This document shows positions 25,001 through 60,269 of a stretch of DNA of 64,000 bases, one piece after another. Each line of letters begins with the position of its first letter. Position 1 is the stretch's first letter. The translations under genes were made by a program, and so were the position numbers. The stretch comes from Paraspadella gotoi (Eukaryota; Animalia; Chaetognatha): NCBI GenBank assembly GCA_051294375.1, contig CM119270.1:12151676-12215675 (forward strand), read 5' to 3'. Under the pieces are notes generated by a model. That model searched no databases. It was not told the DNA's origin and saw only the letters and a program-made list of their open reading frames with translations.

Positions 25001-28000
25001 AGTTATAATTTACATAATATCCCGTCAAATGACAAAGTTTTTTTTATCAATTAATTCCAAAAGGTATAAAGATTTTTTTAGTTTTTTAAGCAAAGTATTC
25101 AATAATATCTGGGTTGGATCAATTTTAAAATTCAATAATATTTGATTAATTTAAAATTCGAACAATTCTGCCGTTAATCTACTTTTTCCACGCACTCGCT
25201 TTCGGCCGGCGTGACGCCTTCTCCATTCCACGTCCCGAGCAGATAGGCCACCGTCTTCTCGCAAACGAAAGAGCGCCTGCCATTCAGAACGAAGCCGGGA
25301 TGGCACGCAATGGTGCAGCCTTGGCCGACGCTGCCGTAACCGCAGCCCCGCCCGTTGAAGACCTCGACTGCGGGGCAGTCCAGGCACGCCACTCGTCCGT
25401 CCACTGGATTCCATCTGGACGAAGCAGCCGCGTATCTGTTGCAGAAGGCGACGGATGATCCGTTCAGGACGAACGCGGCGTCGCAGCGCAGTTGGCAGCG
25501 GTCGCCAGCGTCGCCGTAGGGACAAACGCTGCCGTTGGGCAAAGAGAATACGTCGCAGTCGCGGCAACGGCTGTCGCGGGGGCGGCTGTTGCTGCGGCGG
25601 CTGTTGCTGGAGTGCGAAGAAAAGTTGGCCCAGTGGCCAGGGAGGCATTCGAAGGAGCTCTCGCCTTGGAAAGGAGGAAGTCATTTTATTATATAATATT
25701 AAAATATATTAATTTATTATATTATTATTTTGATTGTAGAGCGAGAAAATAAGGAAAGAAAAAAAAATGAAAGAAAGATAAAAAGAAAGAAAGAAAGAAA
25801 GAAAAAAAGAAAGAAAGAAGAGAGAGAGATAGGGATATCCCTGACTTTAAATTGGTAAACCTTCCTTTAATCAATAATAATCGCATCACTAAGCAGTAAG
25901 CAAGTACGTAAGCAAGTAAGCAAGCAAGTAAGCAAGCATACCTTGCAAAACAAGGCCTTCATCGCAGGACAAGAAGCAAAGTTGGCCTCGATCGCCAAAG
26001 CCGCAGCCCTGCCCTCTCGCCAATTCGACGGCGGGACAGTCCATGCACGCGCTCTCCCTTCCGATCCACGAGCTGGACTTGGAGTGGACGTCGCGATGGC
26101 AAACTCGCTGATCACCACCCTTGAGGTGGTAATTTGAGGCGCATCTCAAGTGGCAGACATCGTTGGCGTTGGCGAAAGGGCAACGGAGTCCACCTCTTTG
26201 GCGGAATTCGGGACAGTCCCAACAGCTAAAATAAATGATTAATGTGGATGTTGAAGAGACAGTAATTATTGTTGCGTCTCTCAGTGAATGTTGTTGTTGG
26301 TGGAAAGTTCGTCACCAAGTGAGGCATGTCGCCTGATGTTGTTGTGGGCGGAAAGTGCATCCGCCAGGTTGAGGCATGTCGCCTGAAAGTGTTGTTGTTG
26401 CTGTTGTGTTCGGAAGTCGGGCTCACCAATGAAGAGACAGTAATTATTGTTATGTGTAAGTGACAGAACCGTTTAATATAAGCAGTCCCTGAGCTTCGGA
26501 TCAGGCTGTAACATCGTGTTACAGGCGGATTAAGCGCCCCGTCCCTCTTAACTGCCGAGACGACCACCGGGCTAGAACCCCGGACCTTTGGTTGGGAGGC
26601 GAATGACTTGCCTCCGGCACCAATGGCCCTGATGGAATGCGGTTGGTGGATTTTAGTCCACCATAATGTTAAAATATATTCAAAATATGTTTAAAATAGA
26701 TTTAAAATATATTTAAAATATATTTAAAATATATTTAAAACACCCTTACTTTAAAAAAAACAATTTTTTTTTTCAAAATACAATTTTAATTATATTTATA
26801 ATTTCTGATACAACATTCATCGTCATGTCACAATACCTGCTCTCGACGCCTGCTTCTCCGATCCACCGTCCGTTTCTGCACGTGATATCCGGACTGCCCT
26901 CCAGGTGCAATCCCTCTCGACAATCGACACGACAGGTCTGACCGTTGATTCCCATTTCGCAACCGCGCCCTGCCCCTTGGGGACTCCAATCCAGACAATC
27001 CGCTGTGGTGAGTCGACGCGGTGTTAAATATGACAACATTAGTAGGTCCTACCGCAGTTTATTTTTATTTAACCAAGAATTTTTTATGCATCGTTTCGCC
27101 GATTCGAAGTCTTTGAAAGCGCAGTTCAATCAATTTACAGAACCAGTGTGGCGGTATATTCACACCGCCTCACGTCCACCATCCGTCAGCCAAATCCATT
27201 GGCTCAGAGGGGGAACACACCATCCCAGGCGTAGTGTTCCATCCACAGTCCTAACGACTTCCCTCTGCGTTGGCAAAGCGAGACCGTCCTAGGGTAACCG
27301 CGCCAGTGACTGGAGGCGTCACTGAGGGTCGGAAGCCCCCAAAGCCAACAGTGAGATGCCCCATCCCAATGGGCATCACAGGCAACCCGGATGTTGCCAT
27401 ACCAGCTTATTTAGAAACGATATATAGCTTGAAGACAGCAATATCCACCCATTTAACCAACGATAACTCACCACTCCACATTTTGATTCCCGCGATGACG
27501 AGCTTCTTGTTCACGTTGCCGTAAGAGTTGACGCCCCTCACGTCGTCCACGTGAATTCCGTAGCAATAAAACGGTCGCCGGTTGTAGATGTTGGCGCCGA
27601 TCTCGCCCCCGGGTACTTTGGGGAAGTGACAGTCGTCTTCTTCGGAAAGGATCGTCCACTTGGAGGGATCGAGATCCTCGGCGTCGGTTCCGATTACTTG
27701 AAAACTGGGGAGAGACCGGTCGGGGCATGGGAAATTTCGAAGAGGAAGTTCTTGTTTGGATGCAGTATTACAAAGAAGCAGCTTCGATTTTTCATCTGCG
27801 GAATAGTTTCCATTCCAAATGCAGATCTTACGTTCTGGGTCCAACGTAATAATTGGAATAGATGGCCAGGCGGACGACGATGATCCTTTCCTCGAAGCAG
27901 AAGAGAATCGTCTCGTCGAAGTCGCTTGTCGACGCGGATACAGTCGTCGTGGTAATGCGGGATTTCCATTCCGGACCGGTGAAGGCGTTCAAAGGGGAAT

Positions 28001-29318
28001 ACCTTAAAGAGGCTCCTGGTTTGGTTCATCGATTTTAATTCTCTTCTCAATTTCTCGGAAATGAACAACAGAAATCTACAGACCTCCGATTTATAATGAA
28101 TGGTGAATGATACAGTAGAATGGATATATGTAGTCGGGCATAGCAAAGTTCACCCCGCCTATAAGCATGACACCTTCACTAATGAACCGGTGGCTCATTG
28201 AGTAAAGCCATCAGCTCATGACCACTAGCTACCGGGTTCAATCCCAACCCGGTACCTACCCTGCGGGAAACGTCAGGACGGCCGTAAACCACCTCGGGGG
28301 CGTGGAAAACCCTCAAGCCTGGTTCCATGGCCAGGACCCGTTCCATGGCTGCTAGAGGGGTTAAAGAAGTTGCGGATAGTCATCTTCAGCCCATTTAGCG
28401 CTTTATCCACTTATTAAATTAACTCCATGACTTAATCTATCATCACTCTCATACGCTTTTAACCGATTCGTTTTTACTGACGATGTTTTTGTGAGTTAAA
28501 AAATCCTAAATTAACAATTTAATTCACAATGTAAAAACTTTTGCTAGTATCCATACGATGGCTCGTGAGTAGAGAGATGTGAACATGATAAAATTTTTGA
28601 AAATTAAAATTTAGCAAATAAAACATGAATATAAAAACCATTAAAAATACTTTGTTAAAAGAAAATATAATTCTTTTTTAAAAATGTTTTCATTAAATTG
28701 GTCAAAAATGTAAAAAACTATATTTAAGATGCCGATTTTTAATTTGCAGTTTAAAAATATAGTTTTTTATAATTTTTGACATAATTTTTGAAAAAGTTTT
28801 ATATTTTCTTGTATCAACTTTTAACGAGGAATCTGAATCAGTTCTCGAGAATTAAAAAAAAAATTGGAAATTTAAACGTTATATAAGGGTAGTAACTATA
28901 TCAAAATAAGCTGACTGGGCTACTATATTTGTAAAAAAAGAAAAATAATTAGAGATTAGTATTCATTAATATGATAGTTTTCAAGATATAACTGCTAAAT
29001 TTTTGATTCCAAACTTTCACTTCACCCTACTCGTGAGAGGTGGTGATGGCTTTGCCTCGCGCCGTTTGAAAGTCGATCAAGGTGGCGCCATTCGGAGGAG
29101 AGTTGTCGTAGTTGTTACAGAACTCCCAGAAGGCGCCGTCTTGGAAAAAACATACTAGGACTATAAAATTATTCATTTATTCATTTTAACACACTAAATT
29201 AGTGCGATATTAATATTAATATATTTATTCGTTATCGTTTAAATTCGTCAAAATCACCTACTATAAAGCTGGACAAACTGATTAATTGAAGAAAGTAGAA
29301 TACCGTGAGAACTATCAT
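12485..29318 (-). CDS. Multi-exon gene span: signal peptide + discoidin/F5-8C-like domain + 9 Sushi/CCP modules + TM, putatively fused to an XK-related multi-pass domain
   Basis: Exons 29318-29258, 29160-29031, 28002-27832, 27704-27472, 27002-26837, 26225-25942, 25664-25196 and 24951-23626 all join with GT-AG and matching phases (about 947 codons). They are followed by 23035-22566, 22118-21995, 21779-~21160, 14358-14110 and 12799-12485. Junctions near the gaps and the duplicated block are unresolved. Confidence 0.65.
14110..14358 (-). CDS. XK-related domain internal exon
   Basis: SCIKKKKVNVKEREKRRFADCLLSVWKLLGPATNFLIFGAIALFFYLTEGC...WATAMENL|GTAAGG; 249 nt with a hydrophobic helix and a strong donor. 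Confidence 0.6.
14480..14690 (+). repeat. Error-rich inverted copy of part of a Sushi exon (25180-25350)
   Basis: gggctgcggttacggcagcgtcggccaagg...gtcacgccgcgccgaaagcgagtgc matches the reverse complement of 25180-25350 with many indels. Confidence 0.85.
15190..20951. repeat. Indel-rich direct duplicate of ~8350-14478 (probable assembly artefact)
   Basis: Colinear match throughout (9150 vs 16090, 10258 vs 16938, 12485 vs 19409, 14110 vs 20589) with scattered 1-nt indels that frameshift the XK exon copies. Confidence 0.9.
21223..21779 (-). CDS. XK-related domain exon (runs into a 25-N gap)
   Basis: tatAG|GC: (G)VGQSLLNMSILS...PVIQLATTFVNMALGIV...YAGFLVYNLFSIISAVYLSSYLAVGLAAAFETRALHVCIGVAFVV; several TM-like segments. 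Confidence 0.75.
21995..22118 (-). CDS. XK-related domain exon
   Basis: cAG|TCDMSEEEMRKSVNRVALDRIKFTKKKRILDRFVLFEILFEG|GTGAGA. Spliced to the next exon it gives LFEILFEGVGQSLLN, equivalent to the XKR LFExFLESxPQLxLQ motif. Confidence 0.75.
22566..23035 (-). CDS. XK-related domain first exon (TM1-TM2 region)
   Basis: ELLLIYFYSAVTLTTYTCDVLSDISSAALYLYHGELLWCLLTLAFLL...FFFNLGPII matches the XKR N-terminal DxxxD..Y..G..W..LTL pattern. The 3' donor (T|GTAGGA at 22565) is tentative. Confidence 0.8.
23365..23596. repeat. Hairpin-rich interspersed repeat, copy 1 (intronic)
   Basis: Shares gtggcggtata..caccgcctcac, ggctcagagggggaac, gcgagaccgtcct.gggtaaccgcgccagtgac and aacagtgagatgccc..gatgttgccata with 27147-27401. 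Confidence 0.85.
23626..24951 (-). CDS. Exon encoding Sushi/CCP modules 6-9, juxtamembrane region, TM helix and basic stop-transfer
   Basis: ttttAG|G CLDCPPF..., repeated CxDCP..GxGC..C...C..G..LxG....C...W, then VQLLTIAFCLIFYVVVFPLLVLY-ERRKRRK. Donor AT|GTTAGT at 23625, or read-through to a stop at 23604. Confidence 0.9.
25196..25664 (-). CDS. Sushi/CCP exon (end of module 3, modules 4-5)
   Basis: ccaAG|GC ESSFECLPGHW...CRDCDVFSLPNGSVCPYG...CLDCPAVEVFNGRGCGYG...PAES GA|GTGCGT. Confidence 0.88.
25942..26225 (-). CDS. Sushi/CCP exon (module 2, start of module 3)
   Basis: tttAG|C CWDCPEFRQRGGLRCPFANANDVCHLRC...CMDCPAVELARGQGCGFG...SCDEGLVLQ G|GTATGC. Confidence 0.88.
26470..26629 (-). mobile_element. 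tRNA-derived SINE-like element (intronic)
   Basis: The minus strand gggccattggtgccggaggcaagtcattcgcctcccaaccaaaggtccggggttctagcccggtggtc has A-box-like and B-box-like (GGTTCTAGCCC) motifs at tRNA spacing, followed by a non-tRNA body with hairpins. Confidence 0.5.
26837..27002 (-). CDS. Sushi/CCP exon (module 1)
   Basis: cacAG|CG DCLDWSPQGAGRGCEMGINGQTCRVDCREGLHLEGSPDITCRNGRWIGEAGVES AG|GTATTG. Confidence 0.85.
27147..27401. repeat. Hairpin-rich interspersed repeat, copy 2 (intronic)
   Basis: Homologous to 23365-23596; contains about six short inverted repeats. Confidence 0.85.
27472..27704 (-). CDS. Discoidin/F5-8C-like domain exon (C-terminal half)
   Basis: ccccAG|T FQVIGTDAEDLDPSKWTILSEEDDCHFP...RRPFYCYGIHV...LVIAGIKMWS G|GTGAGT. 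Confidence 0.8.
27832..28002 (-). CDS. Discoidin/F5-8C-like domain exon (N-terminal half)
   Basis: tttaAG|G YSPLNAFTGPEWKS...ILFCFEERIIVVRLAIYSNYYVGPR AC|GTAAGA; phases fit both neighbours. Confidence 0.75.
28185..28370 (+). mobile_element. tRNA-derived SINE-like element (intronic)
   Basis: A box TGGCTCATTGAG (28191) and B box GGTTCAATCCC (28235), followed by a GC-rich body in AT-rich intron; no clean cloverleaf. Confidence 0.55.
29031..29160 (-). CDS. Exon 2 of the Sushi-XK gene
   Basis: ttttatAG|TC LVCFFQDGAFWEFCNNYDNSPPNGATLIDFQTARGKAITTSH GA|GTAGGG; GC-rich island with phase 1 in and phase 2 out. Confidence 0.7.
29258..29318 (-). CDS. Putative first coding exon (signal peptide)
   Basis: ATG at 29318: MIVLTVFYFLQLISLSSFIV G|GTGATT; hydrophobic, and phase 1 matches the next exon. 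Confidence 0.55.
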
Positions 29319-30049
29319 GTCGAGATTTATCCGGTTTTTATCCGAAATTTTGAACAGAAATTGGAAAAAAGGTAAAATGAAATCGGTAAGGAACTAAATG
29401 GAAAAGGATTTGTACATTTCGGTGTAATCATTATGCTGGTAGATTGGGGAAATCGTTTGCTTAACTAATTGGATTTTTATCAACGTTTTTTCTGGAGTTA
29501 TTGTTGGTGACCGTTCGTAACTACAAATTTATCTAATCAAAGTTTGAATACATGTTGATATTGAAATTTCGGGCTATTTTTGTTCGTCAATCAACGACCA
29601 CTAAATGCTCCAACTCCGCCGGAAATATCCCGAGGTGGCTTTTGTTTAATTTCGAAAACAATTGTCTGCCTATTTTTCGCTAAGGATCGCTAGTGGTTCC
29701 TTAACTTTCAATGTTTCCTTGCATGATCTGGCAAAAAATTGAACAACAACAAATTTATTGACATGAATCATGTCATGATTCATGAACTAATTAATGATTG
29801 TCAGCTTAAACATAAACTCGTTTATTAAAAATTCTGGGGGCATATGGAAAACGAAGAGCAAGGTTTTTCTTAAAGTATTAACGGAAAAGGAAGATGAACG
29901 AAAGAAACGTAACGAAGAGGATAATTTATCGGGAAAAAAAGGAAATCAGATATCATAATTTTTTAATATTTGTAATTTTTGTATATATATTTGGGTAAAA
30001 ATTAAGGTTACGATAAATTATGGTTAAGAATAAGTGTAAGTTAACTAAA

Positions 30050-30160
30050 AAAATAAGTTAGGGTTAAAAATAGGTTGGAGGTAAGTTAGGGTTAGAGGTA
30101 AGTTAGGATTAGGGGTAAGTTAGGGTTAAGTTAATGTAAGGGGTAAGTTAGGGTTAAATT
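30050..30160. repeat. Degenerate TTAGGG-containing minisatellite (~17-bp unit ggtaagttagggttaga)
   Basis: Repeated aagttagggtta / aagttaggatta units seen directly. Confidence 0.75.
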
Positions 30161-30539
30161 AAAAATTAAGTTTCAGCTTATGTATATAATAATTTAAAAT
30201 TAAAAAACAATTTTAATATTAACAGATTTCTAAAAAAATAATAAAGTCAGGGGCAAGATAGCTTATTTATTAAATGAATGGATAATTTTTATATTGGTTG
30301 TACCAATTTCATACATTGCGTGATTTCTTTCTTTTCGTTGTTTCATTGAATTTGCGAAAATGAAAGTTTTTATTAGTTTTTAAAACGATTTTATTTGACA
30401 TTGGTATCGGAAACAAGTCCGTAACCAATGTCAATTATAATCGTTGTAAAAACTAATAAAAACTTTCGTTTTCGCTAAAAAAAATATAAGGGAGTGGTCT
30501 TTTCATACAATTGAAACATTCTTTGAAATATTATACCAC

Positions 30540-30748
30540 TTCATTGATAGGGAAGCCAGGTACTCTGGGAGTGAATAAACTAGACTGTGAGAGAGTCTTG
30601 ATTGAAAGCTTGCAGGGACCTGCTATGTCATTATCTTGTAAGAGTGATGGAGGCCTTAAACCACCAAAGCCTGTCCAAAGTCAGGGGCAAGATAGCTTAT
30701 TTATTAAATGAATGGATAATTTTTATATTGGTTGTACCAATTTCATAA
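30540..30748. repeat. Dispersed repeat family member (other copies ~7748-7825, 30243-30313, 43680-43815)
   Basis: Shared core gcctgtccaaagtcaggggcaagatagcttatttattaaatgaatggataatttttatattggttgtaccaatttcata. Confidence 0.8.
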
Positions 30749-30798
30749 TAATAATATTTACAAAGTAACAGACTTTTTATTTATTTAATTATTTAATA

Positions 30799-30837
<39 letters not shown>

Positions 30838-31949
30838 ATTTAAATATCTCACCAGTTAGATCTTAAAGGGGAAGGGGAAGGGGGGGAGAGGGGATATCAA
30901 GGTTAAAATTGTCCCTCTCTCTATCTGTCTCTTTCTCTCTAAACTATCAAAACTGGCTGATGAAGGTTCGAAGAACAAAAACCGAAACATGTCCGAATTA
31001 TTAAATGATCCTTGTAATCACAAATAAAAACTCTGTTATCAAAGGCAACGAAAAAAAGAAATACTTTAAATACTAATAATAAAAAAAAGAGCTTATCAAC
31101 GTTTTTAAATCTCTTGCCCATAAATACTCAGGTTTGTTCTCACGCTAACGTTGGTGACTCTTTGGTGACTCTTCAAAAGCTGAGTTCTAGTATCGTCATC
31201 AACCTACGGTATAAACTGAGACATAGTGAACATATTATGCTTTTGCGATATTGTACTTCTATTTGTAGCTATAGGTCGGAGACCAGGCATCAGTTTCATT
31301 GCGATTTCATGTGCTATTAATTCAAGGCGCATCTACTCGGTAATTATCTAATAATAGATTCATTAACAAGTGACCTGTAGTCGACTACAGACCTAAGACA
31401 TCTCGCTATCACCAGATAACGTGTTGAGTTTTAAGATACGGTTCGCAAACCTGAGAAATGTCAATATTTTTTAAAAATTCACAATTTAAACCTCTTTTTT
31501 CGAAATTTTCTGACTGTTGTTTACAGTGCTGGATACTCTTTAGTGTATACTGTACCATGCCATTTTTTAGAAATAAATGAATGCACATGAAGTAAAGATT
31601 ATCATTTTGTATTCATCGACAAATAAAGAGAAAATTGCACACAAACTGCAAGGTGGAGAAATTGAAGGGTATTTTTTTTTTATTATGTTTTTCAAAATGC
31701 AACAATGGCACATTCGTAACTATGTACAAATAAATACGTTAGGTTGTTTTTTTTTTCATTATACCAGTATGAAAAATACTGATGTCGATTATAACGAAAA
31801 ATACCGCGAATTCGGTTTAGAGACAGAAAACAGAGAAATTGACAGAAACGTAGACAAGAGAAAGATTGACTGGTACTCGCTGGGGTGGGAGACCGGTGGG
31901 GAATGGGGGGCGAAGGGGGAAGGGATGAGGCGAGGGGGGAAAGGGAGAG

Positions 31950-32379
31950 AAGTTAAAAAAAATAACACGTGTATTGAAACAGTCACGCCGTAGGGTGGAA
32001 AGTTAACTGGAAGCTTTGCAACGCGACCCGTCACCTCGATTTAAACACGGTGGTACAGGTATACGGGCTTCAGAAAATCATCTTGTCATCATCTTACACA
32101 GCACAGTACAGTTACAACATCGAATTCCGGTTTGGGACTGAAATTCGTAACAGTGAAAAAAATTGAGGGAGGGGGAAACGAATGAGAAAAAGATTTATCA
32201 CAAGCCTAGATGTTGCACAGTGAAGCATCACAGGGTAGGGAAAAACCAGAGCGGGAAACTTAAAAGTTGGTTGGGATTTAAATTTAGAAGCAACTCGATT
32301 CTGGGACTGGATGAACATTTTATTTCCAAAAAGCAATTTTAATTAAAGGAAGAGATAGATAAAAAAGAAGAAACGGGAG

Positions 32380-32457
<78 letters not shown>

Positions 32458-32502
32458 GCAATTTTAAATGTAAAGGAAGAGATAGATAAAGAAAGATAGA
32501 AA

Positions 32503-32542
<40 letters not shown>

Positions 32543-32546
32543 GAGA

Positions 32547-32583
<37 letters not shown>

Positions 32584-32816
32584 GAGAGAGAGAAGAGAGA
32601 GAGAGGACCATGAAGCATGCTGGTTCAATGGTCATAATCACGATGTCCTATAAAGATTTTAAAAAAAACGATCTCAGAGAACTAGGGAAAGAAATTAATA
32701 CAAAAAAGATAAAAATTTCGTAGAGGAAAACAAACAAAGTTTCTTGTTGAATGAAAATATCCGTCGTGTCGTCGGTCGTCGTCGTCGTTCGTCGTCGTCG
32801 TCGTCGTCGTCGTCGT

Positions 32817-32859
<43 letters not shown>

Positions 32860-33270
32860 GGTCGCTCTCGTCTGACGGTCCATGTTTCATCTTGACCGGA
32901 ATTTTGGAGACGTTCGAGCGCCAACGCTCTGCAGAGCGAGACGACCCTGAACAATGGCTCTTCTCCAACAAAACTGCCACAAAGACTTCCACTTCCTGTT
33001 TCTAAACCCCGCTCCATCAGCCCATCACACTCCCCCGACGACCTCATCCACAGCATCCAATTCCCGCGAACGCCGCTTCGCATGATTCCATCCGCATTCC
33101 ATCACGCCATGGCGCCGACCAATCGGGTTCGTCGAGAAGATGAGCGTTCATCGTCATCGAGGGGTGAGCGCCGTATGATCCCAATCGCCGGCGCCGTCGA
33201 CGACCGAAAAAGACGCCGGGCGAAACGAACGACGACGATGGCGGAGGAACGGGCGGCGCCCGTGACGTCG
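31950..33270. repeat. Tandem near-duplicate of 33296-34453 (GATA stop codon and 3' UTR) across a 25-N gap
   Basis: Both start agttaaaaaaa.ataacacgtgtattgaaacagtcacg and are colinear to tcatcgtcatcgaggg, with scattered indels. Confidence 0.9.
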
Positions 33271-33744
33271 NNNNNNNNNNNNNNNNNNNNNNNNNAGTTA
33301 AAAAAAGATAACACGTGTATTGAAACAGTCACGCCCGTAGGGTGGAAAGTTAACTGAAGCTTGCACGCGACCTCACCCGATTTAACACGGTGGTACAGGT
33401 ATACGGGCTTCAGAAAATCATCTGTCATCATCTTACAAGCACAGTAGTTTTAACATCGAATTCCGGTTTGGACTGAAATTCGTAACAGTGAAAAAAATAT
33501 TGAGGGAGGGGGAAACGAATGAGAAAAAGATTTATCACCAAGCCTTAGATGTTGCACAGTGATAAGCATCACAGGGGTAGGGAAAACAGAAGCGGGAAAC
33601 TTAAAGTTGGGTGTGGGGATTTAAATTTAGAAGCAACTCGCTGGGACTGGATGAACATATTTATTTCACAAAAAGCCAATTTAATTAAAGGAAGAGATAG
33701 ATAAAAAAGATAGAACAGGGAGAGAGAGAGAGAGGAAGAGAGAG

Positions 33745-33791
<47 letters not shown>

Positions 33792-33898
33792 AGAGGAGAG
33801 GCAATTTTAAATGTAAAGGAAGAGATAGATAAAGAAAGATAGAAACAGAGAGAAAGAGAGAGAGAGAGAGAGGAGAGAGAGAGATGAGAGAAGAGAGT

Positions 33899-33935
<37 letters not shown>

Positions 33936-34106
33936 AGAAGAGAGAGAGAGGACCATCGAAGCATGCTGGTCAATGGTCATATCACCGATGTCCTATAAAG
34001 ATTTAAAAAAACGATCTCAGAGAAACTAGGGGAAAGAATTATAAAAAAAGAAATAATAAATTTCGTAGGAAAACAACAAAGTTTTCTTGTTGAATGAAAA
34101 TATCCG

Positions 34107-34159
<53 letters not shown>

Positions 34160-34390
34160 GTCGCTCTCGTCTGACGGTCCATGTTTCATCTTGACGGAAT
34201 TTTGGAGACGTTCGACGCCAACCTCTGCAGAGCGAGACGACCCTGACAATGGCTCTTCTCCAACAAAACTCCACAAAGACTTCCACTTCCTGTTTCTAAA
34301 CCCCGCTCCATCAGCCCATCACACTCCCCGACGCCACTCCATCACACCATCCAATTCCCCGACGCCGCTCCATGATTCCATCCCATTCCA

Positions 34391-59494
<25,104 letters not shown>

Positions 59495-59935
59495 TGTTTT
59501 TGTCTTTTTATTTATTTTTTTTTTTCAATTTGGTTTTTTTTGTCAATTAATAACTGTACGACGCTGAGTCGTATCAAGCGCAAATAGCGTCCTCTCGCAG
59601 GAGCTAATCCTATTAGAGTTTTGAGAAATGGATATGTGTTTGTGTATCGATACGATTTTCGTTACCAAAATCGTTTTTATCTTTTGAATATTGTTAATTC
59701 GTTGTTCTTTTTTTTATTCAAGCTGAAGCGAAGAAAATCTCATCATGTCGACTGGAGAAGAAATTTAAAAAATGTCGACCTTTGGAAGTTGATTGGTTGG
59801 TTGAACGATCTATGTGCAAATCAGAAATTAGTAAATTAATTATTAAAAACAATTTTATCAATCATGAATGATATTTTTTCGGGGTTTTTAAAAAGGAGTG
59901 ACGGAGAAAAAAGGATGAGGGAGAGAGAAAGAGAA

Positions 59936-59968
<33 letters not shown>

Positions 59969-60203
59969 TCAACTGATGGCGCTGGTTGTCTCTCCATTCG
60001 ATCTAAAGATCTTCTTTTCTCTCCTTCAACGACTTGACAGGGAGAGGAGGAGAAAGAGGAAGAGGAGGAGGAGGAGTAGGAGGAGGAGAAGGAATAGGAG
60101 AATAAAGAAAATAAGATAATTAAGCCAAATCTAAACAATATTAATTGAAAATCTGTAAAATTTCAAATATGGAAATCGGAAATTTGTGAGAGAGAGAGAG
60201 AGA

Positions 60204-60269
<66 letters not shown>

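Noticed and set aside
27705-27844. ORF-track N-terminus MDPERKICIWNG... as coding
   Set aside because: Better explained as a 127-nt GT-AG intron (27705-27831) whose removal joins GPRT-FQVIGTD in frame.
26560-28255. Two tRNA-like sequences as functional tRNA genes
   Set aside because: Acceptor and anticodon stems do not pair cleanly and both run into non-tRNA bodies; called SINE-like instead.
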